This document shows, one piece after another, positions 42,101 to 55,049 of a stretch of 64,000 nt of DNA. The position numbers were made by a program, and so were the translations under genes. The DNA is from Cenococcum geophilum. Taxonomy: Eukaryota. Each line of letters starts with the position of its first letter. Within the stretch, counting starts at the first letter, position 1. The notes beneath the pieces are model-generated. The model ran no database searches. It worked only from the letters and a program-made list of their open reading frames with translations, and was not told the DNA's origin. The stretch lies in assembly GCA_050273025.1 (NCBI GenBank), contig CP158635.1, positions 23,374,001 to 23,438,000 on the forward strand. The letters are read 5' to 3'.

Positions 42101-45100
42101 TAGAGAAGTATAGGTTTTCTTAGGTACGGCGAACTTCTACCGAACGTTTATTGTTTACTACTTATAAGTAATACTCCTAATTACCGATCTACTAAAAGGA
42201 TTTAAGAATGGCAGGAAGTCAGGACCCTTTATATTTAGGGAAGCTGCTAAGCAGGCTATGGACTGGTTAAAGGATTTATTTATATCGGCGCCTATTCTAA
42301 TATACTTCTGCTAGGAGCTATATATATACCTTAAAACGGATGCATCCGGCTTTACCCTAGGGGCAATTATATCTTAATTAAAAGACGGAAAATAGCATCC
42401 TATGGCGTTTTGGTTAAAGAAAATAACCCCTATAAAGCAGCGTTATATAACGCACGACTAGGAGCTACTTGCGATAATCGCAGTAATAAAGCACTGGCGA
42501 CATTATTATATGGGAAGCAATTATCCTATTAAAGTCCTTATAGACTATAATAACCTAGAATACTTTATAACTATAAAGGTGTTAAGTGGTTAATAAGCTA
42601 GGTAGGTAGAGGTACTATTGCAGTATAATTTTAAGATTATATACCGCCTAGGAAAGATAAATCCTGCTAATAGGTTATTAAGACGTCCGAATTACGAGAT
42701 AGGGAGGATCTAGGACAGTATAGGGGAAATAATCCCTATATTGCAAAATTTGCTTAGGAAGAAAGAAGACTCTTTTTTTAGAACTATAGAATTTCGCGGC
42801 AGGGCAGAGGTCCTAGTAATGCAGCTATAAAGCGATATAATTATAGAGCCGTAGGATATAGTTATAGACCAGGTTATAGACTAAGCAGACGTTATAAAGT
42901 TAGCGTACCCTAGAATTAGCGAGAATTCTGCGGGATATACTAGAGGTGTCACGGCACCTTTAACTTAATAGCGTATTAGCTGCGAGTTCTCGGATCTAAG
43001 GGGGATAGGCGAGATGCTTATCCGCAGCGTGGCATACTATATAACGGCAGGAGAATCTGCTGGCACTAATGGTTTAAAACGTCTTATACCATACCTTAAG
43101 TCTATAATAGTGGCAGGTAAAATGGAAGTAAGCGATCTATATAAAACCTTTTTGGATCTTCTTCTTTAAGCTTAATAAAGGGACGCCTTCGCCTTTAGGG
43201 AGAGGTAGAAAGATATAGTAGAGACCAACTTGGCCGGAGTTATTAAGAAGCTATAGTAGCAAGACTAAAAGGGTCTGTTGCGCTTTAAGGGTGCTATATA
43301 TATCCTAAAGGACTAAGCAATTTAAGATAAAATTTTAAAGGTCTTCTATAACAACCCTTTTAGGGGTTACTATAGTGCTAATAGAACCCTTAAGGCTATT
43401 TAAAGAAAATACTTTTAGGACGGAATGTCTAAAGAGGTTAAGGATTATATATTAAGGTGTAATATATACTAAAGGATATAGATATCTAGGTATCACCTAT
43501 ATAGTGAGTTATTAGTGCTTTCTATTCCGCAGGGACCTATATTAGAATTAATAATAGATTTTATTATAGGCTTACCCCCTACTAAGATAAGAACTAGAGA
43601 GGTTGCTAACGCTATCCTAGTAATTGTTGATAGGTATATAAAGTTTTTAGGATACTTTACTGTTATAACAACGATCATAGCAGTAAAACTAGCAGACCTA
43701 TTTTTGGAATAGTAGCTCTTATTCAGCATGCTAAGGGAAATCGTATCTAATAGAGGCACCGTATTTAATAGTGCATTTTAGTCTTTATTCTGTCTCTTAT
43801 TAAAAATACAGCAAAGGATAAGCACTGCCTTTTACCCGTAAATAGACGGGCAAACAGAGCGTCTAAATACGTTGTTAGAACACTACCTTCGCTACTATGT
43901 TAATTATCAACAGGATAATTAGATATTGTGGTTGGCTTTAGCGTAGCATATATATAATATAAGCATCCACAGCAGCACAAAAATAACCCCTTATAAAGCA
44001 TTGTTTGGGGTAAAAGTAAATAACCCCTAGAACGTTAAGGACATTGTTCCCGAAAGAGAGGCACTGGCGGCGTCTAAAAGAATTAAGTAAATAAGAATTT
44101 GCAGAGAGGAACTTAAAAAGCACTTGCTAGACGCCTAGGCCGCGTAAAAAAGGTACTATAATGAAAAATATATGCTGAAAGAATTCGAGATAGGAGACAA
44201 AGTCTTACTATTTATAAAAAATATCCGAACAAAACGCATTAAGAAGAAGCTGGATTACCGGTGGCTTAGACCCTTTAAGATAGTTAAGAAAACTAAAGAA
44301 AACCAAGCCTATGAATTGGAATTACTGAAATCTTATCTAATACATCCTATATTTTATATTTCCTTGCTAAAGCTATACTAGAGAAGAGATAGTGCGGAAC
44401 CGCCTCTACCTAGCGAAATTAATAAGGAACTGGAATGGAATGTAGAAGATATTCTGGACTAAAGATGGCGCTAGAAGAAGCGCGAATTTTTAGTTTATTG
44501 GGAAGAATACTTTTAGGCGCATAATAGTTAGGAACTTAAGGAGTACCTTTGGCTGGGATGCGACACCGTAATTAAAACCTTCCTAAGAACTAAAGGTAAA
44601 GACTTAGAAATGGTTCCGGATATACTATAGGTAAAGTAATAGGGAAGACCTCGTAAATTAAAACTATAAAATTAAGTATAGGCATTAAGAACAAAAACGT
44701 TTCGCTATTATAACAGGGATCCTAGAATCTTATAAGAGGAAGCCTATAGGGATCTATAGGAGAACTACTAGGGATACTGTTTAAAGAAGACGCTATATAA
44801 GAAGGAGTAGTAGCACTATAAGAAGTAGCCTCGGGGATTTAGTAAGATCCCCTAGGGATAAAAGGAGAGTATCTGGCCTGGCACTAAAGATATATAGTAG
44901 AGTTAATAGTACAAAAAGGAGCAAAAGGACAGCCTATAAAGAATTAGAAATTTTAAGGAATTATAAGGTACCTATAGAAATACCACCCGTTTATTATATA
45001 TGGGGATTATAGTAGTGTACTGCGTTTATATAGATTGTTACTAAAGCTTAGAATAAAGGCATCCCTAAAGTATAAAGTTAATTCCTAATAATAGGGCATT

Positions 45101-46987
45101 CTAGAGGTACCTAAGAGGCACTATATAAAGCTATTCTATAAGAAAGAAAGAGCTAGGTAATAACTTAAATACCAGCAGCAGTAATAGGAGCCTCCTCTTC
45201 TATCTTAACATTATTATTAACGGTATTATTAGCTCCTTTATCCCTAGAAGCATTAGCACTTCCACTAACATTTTTTTTAGAACGACGGGTACTAGAAGGA
45301 TTAGCATAGGCGGGAGACTAGCGAGGAGAACGTTTATCTTAACCTTTATTACTATCCTTAGTATTCCTAAGTTCTAAATTGGCGTCCAAGTAGGGATTAG
45401 AGAGATATTAGCTAAAGGAGTTAGCATAGTTCCTAAACAAGTTACTAGAGAAACTCACCTAGCTAGAGTAGCCCGCGCAAGAGTATAAATATTATTATTA
45501 ATAAGAACAAGCTGTTTGCATATACGCTCCTAGATACTGTATGTCTAAGAACGTTACGTCTCTATAGCAGTGGAAACCCTTATAGAATTAAAGAGTCTGT
45601 AAGTAAGGGAAGATACCTTCTGTCCCCGCCTATCACTATTAGGATATTAGCGGAAATCTTAGATAGTGCGTTAGAGCCTATAAGTCTTATACGCATAGAT
45701 AGCGGGGATCTAGCATAATTAGCGAAATCTAGAATAGGATGGAATGGGAAATACTAGGATGTAGGTTTTTCTCCTGCTACAATAATAGGAGTACTTAGAT
45801 TTGTTTTTGCTAGAGTAAGGCATCTTATAAACGTGGGAAGGATCCTACGTAAGAGCATAAATATAGCGATAATAGCATTTTAGGGAAACTATTATAGGAG
45901 CAACAGATACTGTCTAGGGTATTACCAGGAGATTAACAACACTGCCGCCGGTCTGGAAACCACGAGCTATTATAAAAGAATACTTTAAGAAGTTAGTATT
46001 GTTATAAGAAGATAAGGTAGGAATTCTATTGCTTATAAATATATTATAAGAAGAGAATAAAGCAGCTATAAAAGAATAGCTAGAGATATGGAAGCTAAAA
46101 GCGGAGATATAGAGGAAATAGTCTGCTAAAAGACGAGATGAATGGTATTATTAATAAAAAGACGCGTAAAAGGCGACAGCTTATAAACTAGAAGAAAATT
46201 AAAATAAAGACGTCATTATTAGAATCCATTTTAGGTAAATGGGGATAGTAGCTTATAGACGCATTGTATAGGACAACCTCCAAATCAACTTATAATAAAC
46301 TCTTATAATAAGAAAGGTAAATCCTATCCAATTTTTATTATTATTATTTTAGTTCCATTATAAAGGTATTATAGGGAACTATAGTGGGAAAAGAGTAGAG
46401 GAACTAAGGATAAAGTAAGGTTTTACACTAGTAAAAAACTAGCTATAAGCCGCATTATGGAGTACCTTTTCACTAAGAATTTCCTTAGTGGTTTTAGCTA
46501 GAACTCTATAAAAGCTTAGTAGAGGCGAAGTCTTAAAGGACTAAGACCCTTAAAGGGGAGGTAATTGTAATAGAATTCCCTAGAAGGTACATATTAGATG
46601 AGATAGAAGGAGGTCTTATCTATATTCCAAAAGGAGGTCTTATCTATATTCTAGAAGGAGGTCTTACCTATATTCTATTTATATCTTAAAAGACACGGTT
46701 AGACAGATAAGGGGTAAAGGGTTTTACTAGCGTCTTAGAAAGATTATATAGGGAGCTGGTTCTCCTTTAGAGAAGAACTAGTAATTAGTCTCTAAATAGA
46801 AGTAGTTAGAAGCATTTGTCCTTTAATATATAAAACTTATTCTACCTTTAACTTACCTTCTATTTACCTTTAACTTACCTTCTATTTACCTTTAACTTAC
46901 CTTCTATTTACCTTTAACTTACCTTCTACTTACCGGTGACACTATTAATTAGATAATTATACGTTCCGGTCAGGCTGGCCTCTTACA
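39157..46987 (+). mobile_element. Gypsy chromovirus D (7.8 kb) inserted in the RT of element C
   Basis: LTRs 39157-39534 and 46566-46987; perfect TSD CTTAT; knuckle ~40650; GGGAAAA site ~40722; protease LIDSGAS; RT (ORF 41781-42083); integrase; chromodomain ~44430-44580. Confidence 0.95.
45165..46230 (-). pseudogene. Antisense intron-containing accessory ORF of Gypsy D with Cys-rich motif
   Basis: Canonical minus-strand intron GTGAGT...GCTAAC..TAG at 45412-45458; de-RIPed C-H-R-C...H-V-C...K-C-S-Y-C...K-T-C at ~45760-45880; stop at 45165-45167. Start uncertain. Confidence 0.55.
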
Positions 46988-49900
46988 CTTATTAAGTAGA
47001 TAATAATATTATTAAGGTATACTATAATAAATTCATCTAAGTATTCTTTTAATATATTGTTAATACGCTTCTAAAACGTTACTAGTACGTTTATAAGCCT
47101 AAATTATATAACTAGTAGTTTATATAGTCCTTCCTTTAACCTAAAGGCTGCCTTCTATTTATCGCCTTCTTTAATTCTAATCTAATAGTACGCCTATCTT
47201 AGATCTATCTTTATAAAGATTTACGTATTACTAATCCTATCTTAGATTTTGCTAATTAAGGGTAAAGAATACCTATCCTTCCTAGTAATGCTGTTTAACT
47301 ATCTATAGTTAATGTATAGTCTAAGTTTTTTATTCTTCTTTAGTATAAATAGTACTAGATATCCCGCTAATGACTATAATAGTCTAATGTATCCTTTTTA
47401 AAGATTTTTCTGGATAAACTTCTTAAGTGCCTGTAACTCTTTTTCTATTAACTTATAAGTTAGGTAAAACCTTAAACTTATTCTTAGTTCTAGCTCTATT
47501 TTATAGTCCTATACTATATAATCTAATAGCTTTTTACTTTTTAGTAACCATAGCTTCTTATTATACTTATGGTATCTCTTTAGTATATAGCTTAATCCTT
47601 AATTAGTCTCCTTATATATTGCTCCGACTTAGTACTATACTAACTTAGTTTATTATTGCATCTTACGTTATTATATATCTCTAATATTAACCTAACCTAT
47701 AACCCAATTAATCTTTAGATTATATTTCTATAACTAAGGTATTTCTAATACTGCCTTATTATTCCCTAATAGTAATATATTAAAAGATATCTTAACTTAT
47801 CTTCCTTTAATAGTTATCTAAATTAGTCCTATTTTAAGATTAATAATACCTCCTCCATAGGCTATTAGATCTCCTAAAATTGTTACTAATAAATAAGGGT
47901 GCTCTTTTTGCCTATATAGTAGCTCTATCCTTTTAACTGCTGCTAGTAAGATATGGTTTTATATCGCTTTACTATCTACTAACACTTTAAACTGTTAATC
48001 TTGCCAATTAATTCTTAGGTTTAGGTATTATCCTTAAATTCCTTTAAGGGTCTAAGGCTCTACTACTAGCTCCCTCTAGTCCTATAGGCCTCTACTTTTC
48101 CTAACTATTAGCTACTTAATCCTATTACACTTAGCTTATTCTTTAGCTAATATTTAGTTCGCTTTTTATCTTTAATATACTATAGATAGGTATTCTCTGG
48201 ATATTCCTACTATTATTATCTATCTAAGCATTCTTCTATAAGGAACCTTCCTGGTTAAAGTATTAAACTTCCTTCCTCTTAGACTTCTGCTAGATACCAG
48301 CCGTATATATACTTAGCATTCCTATACTATTATTTATCTATTATCTAGTACATCCTTATAGGGTATTTCTGGTTCTTTTTCTTTAGATTCTTATACATCT
48401 TATATATATCGTCTATGTATACAATCCATAATAGCGTATAGTATGCTAGGTATTTTAGGTTAACTCTTAACTTATCTTTATCTTTAAGTTTAAACCTCTA
48501 TCGCACTAATCTAAACGTTATAACTTTATTTATAGGTACTAAAACGCGCCTTTTATTTCTCCAGTCCTCTAATTGTTCCTCTAGATCCTTTAATATTATA
48601 ATTAAGGCTCCCTTAATATAATTTATCGCTTTTTCCGTAATTAGGTGGTTTTGGATAACTTTTTTATCTAACTATATATAGAAATCTTCCTACTTATCAT
48701 TATGTTGTTGCCTATACTACTTTTAGTATAGCTGCTAAAGTATATATAGTCTGTCCGTAAAGAAGTATCTTCTTATTACTACGTTATAACAGCCTTTTAT
48801 ATATCATTTTTTAAACCTAGTAAGAATCCCTAAATCCTTTTTATTTTCTAGTTTAGTAAGCTACTTAGCTCTTAGTATGCCTGTTCTTAGCCTATTAGTA
48901 ATTCTTTATATAAGTGCTCTATTCCTTATACGACCTAATATACTAAATCTTATATCTAGTTTTTTTTCTTACTATATAATAATTTTTGCTCTAAACTCGT
49001 CTATAGTTTCTTATTATTTACGTCTTATAATTAGATCCTTAAAGTTCTCTTACTTCTTAATTACTGTATTAACTTTCTAATCTTTAGGCTAAACACTATA
49101 TTTACCTAGTAAGTCTTCTAGGTCTATATATCTATCTCCTAGTCTAACTACTATTTATACTATAGATTCCCTAATCTATAGCGAAGTCTCTTACTTCTTT
49201 CTTACGGGTATCCCTATTTATACTCTAAATTCTTAACCCCTTAGATTCTTTAACCCTAAGCTTACTTCTTTCTTAAGTTACGCTTTAGCCTTAGTTTAAC
49301 TAGGCTTTACTAGTATCCTTATCTTATCTTAAGAGTCCTAGATCTTACTTATCTCGTCTTAAGAGTTTTATGCCTTTAGGAAACTTCGTCCTAAGCTTAT
49401 TCATATATTACTAAACTAAGCTATTGCTCTATTCTATCGGTTTTCGTCTATTATAGGTCCTTAAGCATACCTCATTTTATCTTAAGAATCTTAGTCGTCT
49501 CTTATCTCGTCTTAAGAATCTTAAGCCTTTAGCCTTTTACCTTTATTAAGTGGTAAGCTAGCACTAGTAGTCGTCTATTTACTTAATTATCTTTAGATAT
49601 TACTCCTTTTATCTTATAAAGCAATAGATGCCGTATCTAACGGTATTATAATACCTATTACCAAACCTTGCTTTATAGCGGTCTTAGTCTCTACTTCTAT
49701 TACGTTATTAAGGTTTAAATACCCCTAGTTAGTTCCTTTACTATCCTCGTCGCTATTAATTAATAAGTACTCTAACTTTATTATTATTATTACTAATTAT
49801 TATCCGTATATTACTGTAATATCCTAATCTAGCTTATAGAGTCGATCTTATTCTTTATCTAACTCTTTAGTTCCTTTAAGTCCTCTTAACTCTAGTTCTT

Positions 49901-52900
49901 ATAGCTAATAGCTTACACCATACTTAACGTCTTTATAAATTTAGTATACGTTATTATAACAAAACGCAAAACTTCTAATTAAATATTCTTTTATTCCTTA
50001 TAGCATACTATTATCCCTCTATATATCTATATTATATACTACCGGTCTAGTTCCCTTTACTATATAATAACTCTAACTACTTCTATAGTCTCTGGCGAAA
50101 TAACCCTATTTTTCGCAATTTATATAAGCTCCCTTTTTAAACTATTGCTTTTATTATAGAGTCCGCTTAAACGTCTTCTATTACTAAGATCCCTAGTTTA
50201 GCCTATACTCCTTAGTCCTATAATTACTTAATTCTTAACCTCTAAGTTTCTATAGTTTTTTACTCTATTTCTTATAGGTTTCTTTAGTACTACTTAAGTC
50301 TATTAGCTCTGCGCCATACCATATTTTCTAATTTAGCTTAGGTTATTGCGTACTTTATATCTTATATAACTATAGAACTCTATCCTAGCCTTTTTTAGCC
50401 TATTCCCTTTAGTAGATCCTATTATTAATCTTTATCGCTTAATCTATTAGTTCCCTTAGGGTATCCGCATCTTTTATTAGAATAATTATGTTTTAGACTT
50501 TAGCCTTAAGTCCCTGTTTATATTATACCATAAGCGCCTTATTATTTTACTTAACTTACGTTACTAGCGTTTAGAACTATATAGTATACTTAATTGCTAA
50601 GGTTTGTTATATAATATCTTAAAGTTTTCTTTCTACTATAGTTATTGCCTCCGGATCTCTAAACATTTGTATAAGTTACTCTATAAACCCTTCCTAACTT
50701 AAGAACATAAACTATACCTCTTAGTTTATTATTGTTATTCTATTTACTTATATCTCTATAAGGTAAGGCTTAAACTATTTAAGTGCTCTTCCTAATAAGA
50801 ATAATCCTGCGTACGCTACTTAATCCATAGTTATTACTAGCTTTACTTCCTCTTACGCAACCTTAAAGTATATTTGCATAAGGAATCCTTTAAGCTTTAA
50901 TCTTTCCCCTAAAAATCTTTTAATTAATAGTAACTTAACCTTTGCTGCTCCTATTCTATTAATCCTATTTTTAAGTACTATATTATCTTCCGTTAACTGG
51001 TTAACTATTACTTATAACTATCCTACTGTTATAGGTTATTGCGAATTAGTATCTGCTATACTAGTATCGTTACCTAATCCTAACGTAGTTACCGCCGTTA
51101 ATGGCGTTATAGTGGCTGCTTTTAGTAGTATATTATTTAACTTACTAAAACCGTAACTATAGTAGTAATTATATAATGGGGCCTTATAGTAGGAACTACA
51201 GTGGACTTGTTAATGGGCTAGGTATATAGGTATTATAAATAAGTTAATAATATAATAACAACTGGTAGAGTGGTTGCCTAATAGATTAACTCTAATTATA
51301 TTCTAAGAATTACTATAAGGGAGGAACTATCTAGGTAGGGACTGAGGGTCCTTAAATACACAACCGTACTCCTAAGAAAGTCGTTGCTCTGTCTGCTCTG
51401 TCTGCTCTATTCGCTCTATTACAGATCTCGCAGATCATACAGATCACACAGATCACATCACGTGACTCTGCTTACTATTTCTCGTTATATAGTTCCACGG
51501 GTTCCATCCTAGACCGTACTTGTATCAACTAACTAGCTTCCTCCGACTCCTCTCTAAGTAGTCGTAACATCGTACTTAAAGCGTTCGTAACAATACCGTT
51601 ACCTTTACTACTAGCTTATATAAAATTAATCGAATAATTAAAGAAAAGGAAAAAGAGCTTAGTAAATAGGAAGGCGAGCTTATTAGCGAGGAGCTAGTAG
51701 AATAGAAACTACCCCCTTAATACTGGAAATTCAAGGACGTATTCTCTAAGGCGGCGTCCGATATACTCCCGCCTTACTAACCGTACGACCACAGGATTGA
51801 GATTAAACCAGATAAGGAAGACACCCTTAGCTATAGCCCCCTTCGTTAGTAGTTTACTGCCGAATTATAGGCTATAAAGTAGTACCTTATTAATAACCTA
51901 AATAAGGGCTTTATTAAGCCTAGTTAAGCCCCTTTTAACTCGCCTATTCTCTTTACCAAAAAGCCAAATAAAGGACTTTGTTTCTGCATTAACTACTATA
52001 AACTTAATAATATAACCCACAAGGACCGCTACCTACTGCCCTTACTTAATAAGACTCTAGCCTAAATAAGTAGAGCTAAGATCTTTACTAAGCTTAATAT
52101 CTGTTAGGCTTTTTACCGGATTAGAATAAACCCTAGATTAGAAGATCTTACTATATTTTAGACTTGTTACGGAACATATAAATATAAAGTACTTCCTTTT
52201 AAACTAACTAACGGACTAGCTACGTACTAGCGATATATAAACGATATACTCTTTAACTACCTTAATAACTTCTATACGGCCTACCTAGATAATATTATAA
52301 TCTACTCTAAGAATAAGTTAGAACACAAGGAGTATATCTATAAAGTCCTATAACGGCTCCGCGAGGCCAGCCTTTAGGCCAATATTAGGAAATCGGAATT
52401 TAGTGTTAAGCGTATAAAGTACCTAGGGTTTATTATTAGTATAAATGGAATCGAGGCAGACCTAGAAAAGACGGCTATAATTAACTAATAGGTACCCCTA
52501 AGAACCGTAAAGGGGGTGCAGTTATTCTTAGGGTTCTATAACTTCTACCAACGCTTTATTAAGAACTATAGTAGGATTACCTAGCCCCTAAGCTAACTTA
52601 CCCGCAAGGACTGGCCCTTTTACTTTAACACCGCATATAGGTAGGCCTTTGACGAGCTTAAGAAACGACTGGTCTCTGCTCCCTTACTCGCCCACTTTAA
52701 CCTAAAACGGCCCTTAATGCTAGAAACTGATGCCATAGATAGCGTTATAGCTGGTGTTTACTCCCAAAAGTAGACGGACGGAGAATAGCACCCTATTGCT
52801 TACTATTTAAAAACTATAGTAAATGCTAAGCTAAACTACCCGATTTATAACAAAGAAATACTGGCTATTATCTCTAGCTTTTAGCACTGGCGAGCCTAAC

Positions 52901-55049
52901 TAGAAGGCACCCCTAAGTCTATCTAGGTAGTTTCCGATTATAAGGCCTTAGAATATTTTATAATAATAAAGGCTTTACGGCCTAATAGGCACGCTAAGCG
53001 GACACCCTATCTTAGTTTAACTTCCTAATTATATATAGGCCAGGCGCCACTAACTGTGTAGATGCTCTTATAAGGTATAAACAGGACATAAATAACCAGA
53101 TAGCCGTAAAGATCTTATTATAGACCTAGGCGCTACTATAACCAAAGTATCTTAACCCCTAGATATGGGTAGAACTAAATATAAACTCTTTAGACGCCAA
53201 GATATACTCTATTAACTCCACGGAACTTAACTTTATTAATAAACTACTGCAAGTAAACCGTACAGCCCCTTCCCTATAGGAGTACCGTAAAAAGGCAAAG
53301 AATATTACTAGCCCTTAGTCCCTTGAAAATGGACTGCTAAAATACTAGGAACGGCTAGTGGTAGCAGAGAAGCAGAATTTACGGACTTAACTTATTACCG
53401 AAGCACATACTCAAGTCTCTACGGCCTACCCTAGAAAGAATAAGACCCGCAAGATTATTAGTGACCGCTACTACTGGCCCGGAATAGTTATAGATATTAA
53501 CTATTACGTGCGGAATTGCAACGACTGTTATAGGTCTACAATTCCATAAGATAAGACCCTAGGATTATTAAAATCCCTCCTAATACCCAACCGCCCCTAG
53601 CAGTATATCTCTATAGACTTTTATAAGCTACCTCTAGACCGTAATAGATACGATATAGTTATAATTCTAGTTAACCGCTTTAGTAAGCGCCCGTTCTTAA
53701 TCCCCTATTATAAGAATATTAATGCTAAAAAGGCAGCCTAACTATATATCTACTATGTCTACCAAATCTACGGACTACTAGATACTATCGTATCTAATTA
53801 TAGGCCGCAGTTTATATCAGCTTTCTAAAACAAGTTTACCTAAATCCTAGGTATTAAGCTAAAGCTTTTTATAGCATACTACCCCTAAATAGATAGCCAG
53901 ACGGAGATTATAAATTAATATTTAGACCAGAGACTCTAGCCTTTTATTAACTACTTTTAGAATAACTAGGCTAAGCTGTTGCCCCTAATAGACTACGCTT
54001 AAGCGACCCTACCCTATAACTCTACTGGATTTGCCCCTATTTAACTAGAAATGGGTTACTTACCCCGCACAAGCTTTAACTAGGAAAGACTAGAAGGACC
54101 CCAGACTATACGCGAAAAACTATCTTATAAGAAAGCCTAGTAGTACGCTAAGCGCTTAGAAGAAGCCTAGATAGTAGCCCGTATAAATCTAAAAAAGGCT
54201 TAGAAATTAATGCAACAGTAGGCGAATAAGCATAGGCGAGAGCCTGACTTCACCGTAGGTAATATAGTTTGGGTTATAACAAAGAACTAGAAGACAGAAC
54301 GGCCTAGCTATAAGCTAGACTATTAAATAGCAGGACCATATAAGGTCCTTAAGAAGATTGGCAACTTATATAAAGTAAAGCTCCCGGATTCAATTAAGGT
54401 CTACCCTATCTTCTTACTAGATAAGTTATAGAAAGCTATAAACGACCCATTGCCTAGACAAAAGAACGAACCTCCCCTACTAATTTAAGTCAATGGTGAC
54501 AATGAATAGGAAATTAAAGAAATACTAGCCTGTAAACTAGTAAGGAAAACGCTAAAGTACCACGTTAGTTGGAAAGGCTATAACCCAGATTCTACCTAGT
54601 ACCCTATATGGAACCTTATTAGCAGTCCCTATAAGCTTTAAGAATTCTATAGCCGTTACCCTAACGAACTAGGACCTCTAAAGTACCTAGACAAGTGGAT
54701 AGAGTGCTAATATAGCAAAGAAGACAAGCTACCGGAAGAGCATGAGGATAAGAACGCCCTATAGGTGTAATACGGATATACAAAGCCTAAGGGCAGGCTT
54801 TACTGAGGGGGGGGGTAATATTACGGCACTGGCAGAAAACGGCAGAACTTGGTTAGTAGAACTTGGCAGAACTTTGCGGTCACGTGACTAGAGGACCATA
54901 TAAAAGAACCCCACTTCAACCGGCGCTGCTCTTCTTCTCCTTTCCTTTCCCTAGCTTTAGATTCTCGTTTATAGATAATCCAATCGTACAGGCTTACGCG
55001 TCCCTCATACCGTGCTCGTGCCTCGATTGACTGAGTCGCTAACACAGAG

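Larger units (their letters stand above)
30182..51592 (-). mobile_element. Gypsy chromovirus C (same family as A, ~8.0 kb own sequence), interrupted by a LINE and Gypsy D
   Basis: 421-bp LTRs 30182-30602 and 51172-51592; perfect 5-bp TSD ATACC (30177-30181, 51593-51597); PPT at 30603-30618. Confidence 0.95.
27686..55044 (+). mobile_element. Gypsy chromovirus B (~5.9 kb own sequence), interrupted by Gypsy C
   Basis: 226-bp LTRs 27686-27911 and 54819-55044; TSD TAGAG/CAGAG; gag knuckle CFLCG..GHP..NC ~29145; RT AYLDNI ~52280; integrase; chromodomain ~54500-54660; G-rich PPT ~54805. Confidence 0.93.
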
